Shown here: piece by piece, positions 15,270 through 28,363 of the stretch
How the letters are laid out: each line of letters opens with the position of its first letter
Numbering within the stretch: position 1 is the first letter of the stretch
Translations under genes and position numbers: made by a program
Notes under the pieces: model-generated
What the model was told of the DNA's origin: nothing
Databases searched by the model: none
What the model saw: the letters and a program-made list of their open reading frames with translations, nothing else
Assembly: GCF_006345805.1 (NCBI RefSeq)
Contig: NW_021835316.1
Span: forward strand, 1-58,033
DNA from: Octopus sinensis
Lineage: Eukaryota
Length of the DNA: 58,033 bases
Direction of reading: 5' to 3'

Positions 15270-16860
15270 TTGTTGTTGTTGTGGTTATTGTATATGCAGG
15301 GTATGTAGTTTGTAGCACTTACAGTGGCGGTGTTGGGGTGTTGGTAGTTGCAGTGGTGGTCTGAGCAAAGGTATGTGTGGTGGTAGCTTGTGGTAGCATT
15401 GGTGGAAGTGGTGAGAGTAATGGTAACAGTAGCGGTAGGAGTAGTGGCAACATTGTGGTAGTAGAAGCAGTGGTAGTGGTGGTTGTGGGAATGGTGGTAG
15501 CATTGGTGGTAGTGGTGAGTGTAATGATTGTAGAGGTGGTAGCATTGTGGTAGGAGTAGTGGCAGTGGTGGGTAGTAATGAAAGTTGTGGGAACGGCGGT
15601 AGTTAGTGAGAGTAATAATAATAGTAGTAGTGGTGAGAGTAATGGTGGAATTGTGGTTGGAGTGGTAATAGTGATGGTGGTGGTGGTGGTAGTAGTGCGA
15701 GTTGTGAAAATGGTGGTAGATGTGGTGGTGAAAGTGGTAGTAATGTTATCTAAAAGTAGTAGTGGTTGTAGTGGTATAAAAATGCTCGTGGTAGCAACAG
15801 CGGTTGTGGTGATTATTGAGACATACCAGTTGTGGCTGTTGTAGTGGTATACTAGTGGTGACATAATAGTAGTAAAAGTTGTAGTGGTAGAACAGGAGAA
15901 TGTTGATTGTAATGGTATACAAGTAGTAGTAGTAGCAATAGTATACCAGAGGTGGGAGTATACCAGCGGTGGCTGGTGTAACGGTACACTAATAATAATA
16001 GTATAAATGTGGTAGAAGTTTTAGCGGTAGAACTGTAGTAAAAGTTTGTAGTGGTAGAACTGTGATAGCAGCGGCAGTGGTATAACTGTAGAGGTAGAAA
16101 TTGTGATGGATTAAGTGTGGTAGTAGTTGTAGTAATACATCTGTGGTAGAAGTTGTACTGTTGGAATTGTGGTAGTGTTTGTATGGTAGAAGTTGCCATG
16201 GTAGAACTGTGGTAGCGGCTGCAGAAGTATAGCTGTTGCGGGAGAAGTTATAATGGTTGAAGTGAGGGAGATATCTGTGGTATAGTGTGGGAGTATATCT
16301 GTAGTATAAGCTGTAGCGGTAGAACTGTGGTAGAAGTTCTAATGGTAGAACTGTGGTAGCAACTGCAGTGGTATAACTGTAGTGGTAGAATCTGTAGTGG
16401 TATGAGCGTGGTAGTGTTTGTAGTGGTATACCTCTGGTAGACGTTGAAGTGTTAGAACTGTAGTAGTTTTTATACTGGAAGCTGTAGTGATAAAAGATCA
16501 TAGTGTTTGTAGCGGTATACCCGTGATAGAAGTTGTAGTGTCAGAACTGTGATAGTGTTTGTAGTAGTACATCTGTGGCAGAAGCTGTAGTGGTAGAACT
16601 GTGGTAGCGGCTGCAGTAATATAACTGTTGTGATAGAAGTTGCAATGGTATGTGTGGAAGTACATTTGTAGAATAAGTTGTAGTGGTAGAACTTTGATAG
16701 TGTTTGTTGTGGTAGAACCGTGGGTGACGTTGTTGTGGTAGAATTGTCGTAGAAGTCGCAGAGGTATAACTATAGTGGTAGAAGTCTGGTAGTAGTTGTG
16801 GTATAACTCTGGTAATTGTTAGAGTGGTATACGTGTTCTTGTGGTATAACAGCTGTGATA
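15270..16860. repeat. Degenerate GTA/GTG-derived minisatellite
   Basis: Recurring words GTGGTAGAACTGTGGTAG, GTGGTATAACTGTA and GTAGAAGTTGTA. Confidence 0.8.
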
Positions 16861-17069
16861 GCTGTTCAATTGTGTTTAGAAAGGCTTCTCTCTAGAAAGG
16901 CTTTTCTCTCTCTCTCTCCCCACATTTTTACTCACTCTCTTTCTCTTTATGCTTCTTTCAATTTTTTCTTCCTCACTTTCAGTTTCTCTCCCTCTCTCTC
17001 TTCTCTTCTTTCCCCCTCTTTCTTTATCTTCCTTTTCTCTAGGATCCCAAAGGTGTGTCTTAGCAGAAA

Positions 17070-17700
17070 TTGCAGTAGCTATTACAGTGATGACCGTTGT
17101 GCTGATTGCAGTGGCGATTGCATTATTAACTGAAATTGGTAATTTTAGTGGTAATTGTAGCATTGATTGTAGTGGTGATTGTAGTGTTGATTGTAATGGT
17201 AATTACATTAGTGTTTGCAGTTGTAATTGCAATGGAGATTGCATTAGAAACTAAAGTGGCAATTGCAGTGGCGATTGTAGTGTCGATTGTAGTGTCGATT
17301 GCAGTGGCGATTGTAGTGGCGGTTATAGTGGCGATTGTAGTGGCTATTGTAGTGGCGATTGTAGTGGTAATTGTATTGGCTATTGCAGTGGCGATTGTAG
17401 TGGTAATTGTATTGGCTATTGCAGTGGCGATTGTAGTGGTAATTGTATTGGCTATTGCAGTGGCGATTGTAGTAGCGATTGTAGTGGCGATTGTAGTGGC
17501 GATTGCAGTGGCGATTGCAGTGGTGATTGCAGAGGCGAATGTAGTGGTGATTATATTGGCAATTGCATTGCATTGGTTATTGCAGAGTTAATTATAATGG
17601 TATCTGCAGTGGTAATTGCAGTGGCGATCTCTGCACTAATTACAGTGGTAATTTGCAATGGTAATCCCATTAGGGATTGTAGTGTTATTTACCATGGTGA
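17070..17700. repeat. 12-bp minisatellite (ATTGYAGTGGCG)n with a 36-bp higher-order unit
   Basis: GATTGTAGTGGTAATTGTATTGGCTATTGCAGTGGC is repeated three times at about 17357-17465. Confidence 0.9.
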
Positions 17701-17952
17701 CAGCAGTAGCCATTGAAGTGGTATTTGTAAATCTGATTATGGCGAAAGTTGCTGCGACTTTTCCAGTGTTAGGTTAAATGCTATTTGTAATGGTAGCTTC
17801 AGAAGTATTTGCAGTGTTGTTGGAGTGGTAGCTGTACACGCAATTTCAGTACTAACACTAACGATATTTCTCCCATCTAGCACTTCTCGAACTATTTCAG
17901 TATTTTTGATTCTCCAGTTTTTGTTACAAAAGTTTGTTCACCCATGTCTATA

Positions 17953-18190
17953 AGTAGATTGACAAATTTATTTTTGAACCAGTTGAACACACACGAGATG
18001 TCGAAATATCGTTCACTATGGCACTCTTCTTCAAATTTTGACTCTATATCTTCAGGAGGAGTTACCTCAATCCTTTATATATTAACCAAAATGAAGTAGA
18101 TTGACAAATTTATTTTTTGAACCAGTTGAACACACACGAGATGTCGAAATATCGTTCACAAGATAACAATGGCACTCTTCTTTTAATATT
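17953..18190. repeat. Short direct duplication (~75 bp)
   Basis: AAGTAGATTGACAAATTTATTTTTGAACCAGTTGAACACACACGAGATGTCGAAATATCGTTCAC occurs at about 17952 and 18095. Confidence 0.9.
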
Positions 18191-18193
18191 GAC

Positions 18194-18228
<35 letters not shown>

Positions 18229-18359
18229 TAATAATAATAATGATGATGATGATGATGCTGATGATGATGATGATGATGAGGATGATGATGATGATGATGA
18301 GGATGATGATGATGATGATAATAATAATAATAATAATAATAAGAAGAAGCAATGTTTCC

Positions 18360-18600
18360 TGCTCGAGTCATGCCAGGCTTATAATGGCCGGTTTCCCGGT
18401 TTCAGTGGTGTATAAATTCCCCACCTGGACAGGACACCGGTCCATCGCAGCGTTACTCCTTTTTGCCAGCTGAGTGGACTGGAGCAACGTGAAAGGAAGT
18501 GTTTTGCTTAAGAACATAACGTATCGCCCGGTCCAGGAATCGAAACCGCAATCTTATAATCACGAGTCTAACACCTTAACCACTAAGCCACGCGCCTCCA
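18360..18600 (-). mobile_element. SINE (head 1 plus tail b)
   Basis: Matches 4826-5078. Confidence 0.85.
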
Positions 18601-18813
18601 CTTTACTTGCTCAGTTTTATCCCTTCTTTTACCTTCCCCCCAAATTCGTCAACAATACTCCGAACATGTTCATGTCAGTTTCCCTCTTTGTTGTTCGCTT
18701 TTCTGCCTTGTCATTTATTCAGTATACATTAGATGTGATTTTGGCTATCATTGCTGTCTTCCTTTACTTGACTTGTTGCTTTGTGTTTCCTCTTAAGCTC
18801 ACAATTATTAACA

Positions 18814-19145
18814 TCTTATAATAATTCTACTTGTTATTACCTTACATAGCCGGTCAGTAACGCTTTCACGTGATTAGAGAAAAAGAGGGAGAAAGAAAAG
18901 AGGGAGAAAGAAAAGAGGGAGAAAGAAAAGAGGGAGAGAGAAGCGTCCATAACGTGTGATTGTAATGCTTTCACGTGATTAGTTGCAGGGAAAGAGAGGA
19001 GAGAGAAAAAGGAAAGAGGTAGGGGAAACGTAATATTTATGACGTGGTTAAAAAAGTTAGTTGAAGGTAGTGATTATAGAGAAAGAGAGTGAAAAATATA
19101 ATTCTAGCAGAGGGATGATGTTCTGATGGTGAAGTTAAAAGGCAT

Positions 19146-19188
<43 letters not shown>

Positions 19189-19661
19189 GGGAGAGATAGA
19201 TGATGACGGTGGTGGTGGAGGTAGCGATGGTACGTAGGTAGTGAAAAATGTATTCTATAAAAGTTGAACTAAGTTTTTTTTTATGTCATCTATCACGTAA
19301 CATGCGCATAAGTGCAATTCAGGGAAATATTCACGTTTATGTACGTGCCAGATATATGCAATTTAACTAAAGGTTGTATCATATATACAGGATATTTTTT
19401 GTTTATAGGAAAAAGGGAAAAATAAGAGTGAATATTTATTTTATGAGTGCTGCGTATTAAGTTTATAAAATTGTGTATGAAGTTTGTAAAGTGCATTAAG
19501 TAATCATCGTATTCCAATTTCTTTCACTTTTCAATGAGTAGAAGATGAGTGACTATCTTTCCATACAGGCATAACACAGGCTACACTTTTTGGATAAAGT
19601 TTCTAGAAATAACTCAATAGGTTTACCAATAATTCCGGGAAATATTCACGGGTCCCGCTAT
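18814..19661 (+). mobile_element. Candidate non-autonomous Helitron
   Basis: 5' end A|TCTTATAATAATT. The 3' end has an imperfect hairpin CCGGGAAATATTCACGG followed by GTCCCG-CTAT|T, one mismatch from CTAG|T. Confidence 0.45.
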
Positions 19662-21737
19662 TTATATATAATTATAACAACATTAGCGCCAAGCAGTGAT
19701 TAGGAATAAACGAACTTTAGGTTAGTTAAAATATGTATATGGCGTAGCTTTAACTTCTAAAGGCAAATACTCTGCAGTTATTGCGGAGAAAACAATCTGG
19801 TTACTAATAAACGAGCTTACCATAAGAAAGAATTTTTTCTCCACGGTAACTGCCGTGTTTTTGTTTTTAGAAGTCAAAATATGTCACAAACATATTTTAA
19901 CTAATCTAAAGTTCGATTATTTATTTAAAAAAAAAAACACAAAAAGAATTATTATTTTTGCTTAAACTTAGGACATTTTCTCAAAAACTGTTCGCTTAAA
20001 GTGGTTGCTGACAAAAGAATTAACTATTCACAACTGATTTTCTAAATTCTTCAGCTATTTCTGAGAAAAATATGTTCCCAAATTTCTGCAGATGATTAAA
20101 AATCATGTCTTTTAGTGTTTTTACAGACCAGGATGTTTTACTTCTACCTCAGAGCTTTTGGTGAAATTTTCTAAATGTAAAAAAAATAGAGAACAAGAAA
20201 AAACAAAACAAAATTAAAAAAAACCCCTATATTTTAAAATATTCTTCATTCAACTTTCTTTTTCCGAGTGTTGATGAGGGGACTCATGGGTTAATTTCTT
20301 CCTTTTTGTCTTTTGATTTGCTGGATCTGCATGAAAGGGAAGTGCTCATGGCCTTTGCAGACTTTTTCGAGACCAATGAGATCGATGTTACTGATGTTCT
20401 TAAGCTATTGCACGTAAACACCGGTAGGAAAGACATAAACAAGAAGGAGTTTTGGAAAGGAAGGATTAGACATAGTGATCTGTGTGAAACCTGCGGTGTT
20501 GGACATATCATAAGTGCCGAGAGCGGGAAGTAGCAGGGATGCTTATGTGGGGGTTGCATATGAACAGTGAGACTGCCTTTGGTTCTAGGAAAAGGCAAAA
20601 AAGCGATCGCTTTCCGTTAAAATTTTATATAATTTATGTTCCAACACAAACTTAATCCTTTCGCATTTTGGCACAGGACTAGCAAATTTTAGGGGAGAGG
20701 TTTAGTCAATAACATCGACCCCAGTGCTCAGAACGTCAGGCATGTTTCCGCCTTTTTAGGCTCTGTTAATAATGTGTACCTAGTCATCACATGCCTAGGC
20801 GGAATTTCTCCCTTCCGATATACAGCGAACAGGGAAAAATACATTCACTGATATTGCAGAAAGCTTGCCAGAGTGAAAAAAAATTCACTGTACGCAACTG
20901 AAGCAGCATTAAAATCAAACCTAGACATCTGCGCACCATACCGTTTCCCGTGAGTTACGAGTGGGACGATGTCCGATGTTCGCTTCACTCTGATATATAC
21001 TGTGCTTGTAACACAACGTGCATAGGAAGAGATTTTTTTTCAGACGAAAACCACAACATCACGCCTTTCAGTGGTGCAAGTACGTTAAGCATGGCACACA
21101 GATGGTTAGTACACGTATGTATGTATGTATGTATGTATGTATGTATGTATGTATGTATGTATGTATGTATGTATGTATGTATTAATGTATGTACGTACGC
21201 ATGTATGTATGTATGTATGTATGTATGTATGCATGCATGTATGTATGTATGTATGTATGTATGTATGTATGTATGTTTGCATGTATACATGATATATATG
21301 TATATATATGTATATGTATATATATATGTATATGTATATGTATGTATATATATATATGATATGATATGATATATAAATGTATGTACATGATTCTGATACT
21401 GAAAGACGATTAGCTAAAGTAGCAGCGCGAAGTAAAGTTGCCATGATTCTTTATTTAATGTTGCCATTTATAAATTTATGGTCACACTATCACGTCTGCT
21501 CTCCTTTAAAAGATTATATGACATTAAATTTAAATAATCTCCTGCTACTTTGAAATGATAAAACCACAAGCAAGGGAGATAAAAGATAATCAAATTTCCA
21601 GCTTCACTGCTATTAAACCTTATACCGGCTAGCTAACCGATTTAACGTTTTATTGGCCTTTTCCTATATTAGAGACGGGGAATTCTCGTCCGAGAGTGCG
21701 GCTGGCTGCGAGTACACATCATTGAAAAGGGAGTAAA

Positions 21738-22152
21738 GGCGGCGAACCGGCAGAATCGTTAGCACGTCGGGCGAAATGCTTAGCGGTATTTCGTCTGTCG
21801 CTACGTTCTGAGTTCAAATTCCGCCGAGGTCGACTTTGCCTTTCATCCTTTCGGGGTCGATTAAATAAGTACCAGTTACGCACTGGGGTCGATATGATCG
21901 ACTTAATCCGTTTGTCTGTCCTTGTTTGTCCCCCTCTGTGTTTAGCCCCTTGTGGGTAGTAAAGAAATAGGTATTTCGTCTGCCGTTGCGTTCTGAGTTC
22001 AAATTCCGCCGAGGTCGACTTTGCTTTTCATCCTATCGGGGTCGATAAATTAAGCACCAATTACGCACTGGGATCGATATAATCGACTTAATCCGTTTGC
22101 CTGTCCTTGTTTGTCCTCTCTGTGTTTGGCCCCTTGTGGGTAGTAAAGAAAT
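21738..22152 (+). mobile_element. SINE family A head-to-tail dimer
   Basis: A full unit runs to ...GTAGTAAAGAAATA (21969). A second unit then starts internally at GGTATTTCGTC and ends at 22152. Confidence 0.9.
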
Positions 22153-22329
22153 ACGTATTGCTGTGTTAAAACACTCGAAATATCAAAGAGAGATGAAAAT
22201 ACGTTCCAGCAGCGGCCAGCAAGAGCGCCAGATGAATTTAAGCCCTTTATTGAATTTTTGCATTGTCTTATTATTGGCAATCATCCCAGTTTGTTATAGT
22301 ACCGCTATCTCCCCCCCCCCTCTGTCTAA

Positions 22330-22520
22330 GGTAGTCAGAGTATATGCCAGAACTGTCAAGTTTAGATAAGTCGCAGGCAACATAACACCAATAATCTCTG
22401 CATATGCGCCACAAACAAGACTGACAGACAAGTAAAAGGTACGTGTCCATGCCGCTCTCTTGCTGAGTCTCGTCACATCAGACGGCAACGATCTCCTTCT
22501 TATCATGACTGGAGACTTTT
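22330..22520 (+). pseudogene. RTE-like LINE APE endonuclease remnant
   Basis: VVRVYARTVKFR*VAGNITPIISAYAPQTRLTDK*K...DLLLIMTGDF contains the SAYAP and GDF(N) motifs. Confidence 0.75.
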
Positions 22521-22769
22521 AATAATGATTTCAACTTTAGTACAAGATTAGCAGATTTAGGGGAATAGGTAAGTCAATAACACTGCCCCAGTGCTTAACC
22601 GATATTTATTTTATCGATCCGAAAGATGAACGGTAAAGTCGGCCAGTGCGGACTGAGCGCTTTAATAAAAGGCATTCTGAACAAATACCATGATGACCAT
22701 TTTAATGTACACGGAATTTATGTATATGGTAGGAGTAATAAACAGGGATCAAGGCCTCTTGGACTTCTT

Positions 22770-22997
22770 ATTTCTTTATTGCCCACAAAGGGCTAAACAT
22801 AGAGGGGACAAACAAGGACAGACAAAGGGATTAAGTCAATTACATCGACCCCAATGTGTAACTGGTACTTTTTTAATCGACCCCGAAAGGATGAAAGGCA
22901 AAGTCGACCTCGGCGGAATTTGAACTCAGAACGAAGCGGCAGACGAAATACCGCTAAGCATTTCGCCCGACGTGCTAACGTTTCTGCCAGCTCGCCT
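22770..22997 (-). mobile_element. SINE family A monomer
   Basis: Matches 1631-1861 and is flanked by the direct repeat GCCTCTTGGAC (22754, 22994). Confidence 0.9.
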
Positions 22998-23279
22998 CTT
23001 GGACATCAATACTTAATTTTAGGAAATTGCCCAATCACCTGATCAACTACCAATCAGGTGATTAAAAGCGCTTCTGCCATGACCATCTCGTTCTTTTTTT
23101 TTTTGTATATGCAGGACTCCATGTCTAATATGAAACCCACTCCGCTCAGACTTCCACTTCGATGGGGTCTGATCTGCAAGAGATTTCGCTGCTAGTTTTT
23201 GCAATTCTAAACCATGTGTCTTGATTGCCTTGTGGTCCCGATAAAAGTTCTTTTAAAGCAGTTGTCACATTATGCATTA

Positions 23280-23454
23280 GTAGTTGCGACATCACTAGTG
23301 TCAAGCTGCATCGGCCTTTGCCATCAGTGGCGTGGAGGGGGGCGGCTGGTATGCATGGGTGACTGCTGGTCTTCCATAAAGAACCTTGTCCGGACTTGTG
23401 CTTCGGAGAACTTTCTTGGTGCAATCTCATGGTCATTTTGATCGAAAGGGGTCC
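23280..23454 (+). mobile_element. SINE tail a fragment
   Basis: Reverse-complement match to about 270-465. Confidence 0.75.
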
Positions 23455-23550
23455 TAATATTAGTAGCAGCAGCAGTAGTGGTGTTGGTGGTAATTGTGGT
23501 GCTAGTGGTAGTGGTGTTAGTGATGGTGGTGATAGCAGTAGTAGTAGATT

Positions 23551-23590
<40 letters not shown>

Positions 23591-23693
23591 CATAGATAAA
23601 GTTCTTCACTCTCAACAAACATTGAACCTTAACAATCTCTGGTTATTTACCCTAGCAACCACACAGTTGCAATTTTTACTGAACTGCATCGAC

Positions 23694-23752
<59 letters not shown>

Positions 23753-24774
23753 TCGTAATTTTTCTTTTTCTTTCGTTGTCTTCTTTCTTTCTTTCTCTTT
23801 CTTTCGTTCTCTTTCTTTCTTTCTTTCTTTCTTTTTTCTTTCTTTCATTCTTTCTTCTCCCATTACTCCCTCATATGACTCTCCACCTCCTCCTCTTCCC
23901 CCTGCCTCCCTCATTTCTCCCTTTTCTTCATCGTGTTCTCTTTCTCCTTCGCCACCACCCATCCTGCGACCTTGAAGAACAGTTACCACGACATCGTCCA
24001 GAGAAACAATAGCCAGAAATTCAACAACAACAACAACAATAAACAACAGCAAAAAAAACGTCGACCACCACCGCCACCGCCACCGCCACCACCGCCGCCA
24101 CAACAGCAACGGCAGCAAAGACAACGACAGCAATGATGATGATGACAACAACAACAACAACAATAACAGCAACGTCAGTGACAATACGAATGAAAAATAC
24201 TTGATAAACGACCAAAGAATTAGTTAAGAACACTTCACTATTTTCATCAGATCTAGTTTTGCTTCCAGACACCATTAAGTAGCCTCAACTTCTTCCTCCC
24301 GCTATCACTGTTATCATTTTTTTTTTTTACATAATTTCCTTCTTCCTTCTCCCCGCTCCTTTTTCCCTTCCGTCCTTTTTATTTTATATCACTTTTCTTA
24401 ATTTGTTTTTCTATTTGACTTTCTCATTGTTTTTCTTGTGCTTCGTCGCCATTTCCTCCCCGTTTTCTTATCGTCTTTTTACTGTGCAAGAAAATGTCCG
24501 AGAATTCAGTTTCAATGTCTTCAGTTACATACATCTATTAGAAAACTGGTAAAAGCACTGAAATGTGAAGAGGTCGTAGTTTTGGTAGAAGGCTGCTATC
24601 TCTTATTTTATTTTTATTTTTATTATATTTTTACTATATATTTGTTCGAAGTAGTTCATTGAATCCATCTCTACTCCAACATCCTCGCTTCGTGCGTTTG
24701 TACGTTTACTCGTTCACGTCCGTGAAGTCTCCTGAATGAATGAAGAAACCAAGAAACTTGGAGTCTGTCTGTCC

Positions 24775-25530
24775 ATGAATGTCATTATTCAGTTTTATTT
24801 CAAGATCTTTTGCCAATAGAGAAAGAGCTGGTTTCTAACCTAGATCCGGGGTTCCTTCAGTAGAATTTCAACAGCAGGATATTTTTGTGTGAATGTATGT
24901 ATATGTGCAGATTTATATGTTTTGCTCTATGTATGTATTCTCATGCATATAGTTGCGTATTTAGACATGTTCATATTTAAAGACTCCGCCGGTTACGACG
25001 ACGAGGGTCCCAGCTGATACGATCAACGGAACAGCTTGCTCGTGAAATTAACGTGCAAATGGCTGAGCATTCCACAGACACGTGTACCCTTAACGTAGTT
25101 CTCGGGGATAATCAGCGTGACACAGAGAGTGACAAGGCTGACCCTTTGAAATACAAGTACAACTCATTTTTGCCAGCTGAGTGGACTGGAGCAACGTGAA
25201 ATAAAGTGTCTTGCTCAAGGACACAACGCGTCGCCGGGAATCGAACTCACAACCTTAGGATCATGAGCCGAATGTCCTAACCACTAAGCCACGCGCCCTC
25301 ACAACATGTTCATATATGCTTAAATGATAAACTTCTGGAAAGTTTTACAGATTTTTACAATGGTTTGGATATGTAGTCTTCAAATCAGCTTTCTCCTTCC
25401 TGCTTTTGAGAAGCCTAATTTCTCATGATCGGTATTTAGGCAATGTGCTACATATCGCAGGGCCCCAATAATTACAGGTATAAACCTTAATTTCCAAATC
25501 TGAATAGTGTAACTGCAAATTTCTCAATGG
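24775..25530 (-). pseudogene. 3' end of an RLE-type (R4/Dong-like) LINE, split by a SINE
   Basis: The minus strand gives LRNLQLHYSD/..RFIPVIIGALRYVAHCLNTDHEKLGFSK...VKICKTFQKFII*. The 3' UTR at 24775-24890 recurs on the plus strand at 43340-43455. Confidence 0.65.
24977..25303 (-). mobile_element. SINE (head 1 plus tail c) with 12-bp TSD
   Basis: TSD ACATGTTCATAT at 24965-24976 and 25304-25315. Other copies lie at 46696-46962(+) and 57046-57365(-). Confidence 0.9.
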
Positions 25531-25813
25531 TATTATTTATTCATCATTACATGTGTTTCATTTGCGCATAAGAATTACAAAGTTTCACATGTTATACAGG
25601 CATGTTCAGGATCTCCTATTAGAAATTCTTCCAAGAGAAATTAAATTATTTTGTTATACGATAAATCTGCAAATAATATTCCCATAATTTTCAATCTTAA
25701 TATAAACTCTGAGCTAACATGTGGCAGTAACTGATACTACATACTGGATTGTAATAATGGAATAAGCAGATGTGCTTCAAGAGGAAACAGCTGGGATTTA
25801 CCCTAACCTCTTG

Positions 25814-25819
<6 letters not shown>

Positions 25820-25852
<33 letters not shown>

Positions 25853-26150
25853 TTAGAGACAAAACCACTATTATGCAAATCAAACAAAGACTTAATCCAA
25901 TACATAAAAAAATTTATATAAATTAAATATAATTAATTTAATTATATTTAATTATATATTATATATCTTAATTATATTTAATTTATATAAAAATTTTTAT
26001 GTATTGGATTAAGTCTTTCTTTGTTTGATTTGCATAATAGTGGTTTTGTCTCTAATAATATTATATTATATTTTACTATAAAATTGGATTCAATCCTAAA
26101 TCTGATTTTTCCTTGTAAATTTGGATTTATTCCCTAATATTTATTATTAT

Positions 26151-26246
<96 letters not shown>

Positions 26247-27303
26247 AATAATAAATATTAGGGAATAAATCCAAATTTACAAGGAAAAATCAGATTTAGG
26301 ATTGAATCCAATTTTATAGTAAAACTAGCAGTACCGCCCGGCGTTGCTCGGGTTTGTAAGGGAAATAACTATAAAGCATTTTTAGAGAGTTATAGCCAAA
26401 AAATGGGGAAAAAATTATGGTAAATTTTTTTAGTTAAAAAGGTCGAGTTGCGTCCCCTAGACAGTCTGTGGTTTGTGTTTCTAATTCTCGACCCCATGTC
26501 GAATTTATCGATTTTTTTCAGAACTGGGGGAACTTTTCAAAATTTTCGCTGCGTTAGTTTTGAATTATGACATTGGGCTATGTGTGTGTCAAGTTTCATC
26601 AGAATCGGTTGAAAGCCGTGGTCAGGGTGAGGGTACAACCTAACAGACACACAGAAACACACACAGACAAACTGCCGTTTATATATAGACTAGCAGTATC
26701 GCCCGGCGTTGCTCAGGTTTGTAAGAGAAATAACTATAAAGCATTTTTAGAGAGTTATAACCAAAAAATTGCAAAAAAATGGAAAAAAATGATGGTAAAT
26801 TTTTTTTTTAGTTAAAAAAGGTGGAGTTGCGTCCCCTAGACAATTTGCGGTTTGTGTTTCTGATTCTCGACCCCATGTCGAATTTATCGATATTTTTCAG
26901 AACTGGGGGAACTTTTAAAAATTTTCGCTGCGTTTGTTTTGAATTATGACATTGGGCTATGTGTGTGTCAAGTTTCATCAGAATCGGTTGAAAGCCGTGG
27001 TCAGGGTGAGGGTACAAGCAAACAGACACACAGAAACACGCACAGACAAACTGCCGTTTATATATAGAGAGATATAATATAATATTATTAGAGACAAAAC
27101 CACTATTATGCAAATCAAACAAAGAAAGACTTAATCCAATACATAAAATTTTTTATATAAATTAAATATAATTAAGATATATAATATATAATTAAATATA
27201 ATTAAATTAATTATATTTAATTTATATAAAATTTTTTATGTATTGGATTAAGTCTTTGTTTGATTTGCATAATAGTGGTTTTGTCTCTAATAATATTATA
27301 TAT

Positions 27304-27320
<17 letters not shown>
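25820..27320. repeat. Nested AT-rich palindrome whose arms are themselves palindromic
   Basis: 25843-26065 is self-complementary. 25843-26155 is the reverse complement of 26238-26324 joined to 27073-27300. Confidence 0.9.
26325..27072 (-). mobile_element. Head-to-tail dimer of a non-autonomous Helitron
   Basis: On the minus strand each unit starts TC..TATATATAAACGGC and ends with a hairpin CC(C/T)GAGCAACGCCGGG, 8 nt, then CTAG. Units are 26325-26689 and 26690-27072, inserted between A and T with no TSD. Confidence 0.9.
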
Positions 27321-27336
<16 letters not shown>

Positions 27337-27632
27337 GATACCAAAAGTCAGGATGCGTGGCGTTCAGTTATTCCATAAATGAAAAATGCATTAAATACTA
27401 AAAAACGTACATGTAGGACAGACAGCAGGACCCTAATATTTCACCAGTTATCGGCCGAAAATGCTAATACCTAGTTTCATGCCTTTAATGATATATATAA
27501 TATATATACACATACACATATATATACACATACATATATACATACATACACATATACATACATATACATATACATACATATACATATACATATACATACA
27601 TGTATATGTATGTATGTGTGTGTGTGTGTATA

Positions 27633-27924
27633 CTGGGTCATCCCATAAATAATGCGTTTTTTTTTATACTTCTTTTATTTTTCAAAATTAGATAAACAAA
27701 GTTCTTTTTAATCTAAAATATATTCTCTTTCATTTTCTACAATGCTCTTCCATCTACCTAGTAGACTTGCAAGGCCCCTCTTCCAAAGTTCACTTGTCCG
27801 TGACAAAAAATACTCCTCCAGTTCTGTTCTGACCTCGTCTACAGAATTCATATTTTTTTCGTCTAAATGATTTCGAAGACTGCGGAATAAATGATAATCA
27901 GATGGGGAAATGTCCGGCGAATAT
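27633..27924 (-). mobile_element. Inverted partial copy of the 3' end of the mariner at 28364-29236
   Basis: YSPDISPSDYHLFRSLRNHLD...ENEREYILD* plus the right TIR. Confidence 0.9.
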
Positions 27925-28024
27925 ATATATATATATATGCCTTTAATGATATATATACCAGGTGGTGCTATTAAGTTAGACATGGCCTGGGCCAATAATG
28001 GCCGAAACCTATAAAAGTATCAAA

Positions 28025-28141
<117 letters not shown>

Positions 28142-28283
28142 TGTGTCTGTGTCTGTGTGTAAAATTTAATAAGAGATTGACACACCGTCATGAAACTTAA
28201 AGTATCGTAGGGTCGTAGAAGGGGCCTGTCTCGCCAGGCATTGCTCCATTGAGCCATTGAACACTTATATTGATATATATGCA

Positions 28284-28346
<63 letters not shown>

Positions 28347-28363
28347 ATCTATCTATCTATCTA

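Noticed and set aside
17136-17591. Hydrophobic IVVA / His-Tyr-Asn-Arg / Cys-rich repeat ORFs as a structural protein exon
   Set aside because: They are explained by a 12-bp minisatellite, with no supported splice context or unique coding flank.
20306-20533. 75-aa non-repetitive ORF as a host exon
   Set aside because: No recognisable domain. LMAFADF..TG..IN weakly suggests a decayed LINE RT (AFADD), but neither call is supportable.
23870-24780. UTR-like or exon-like region with poly-N/Q/P ORF
   Set aside because: It is trinucleotide low complexity with early stops; transcript data would be needed.
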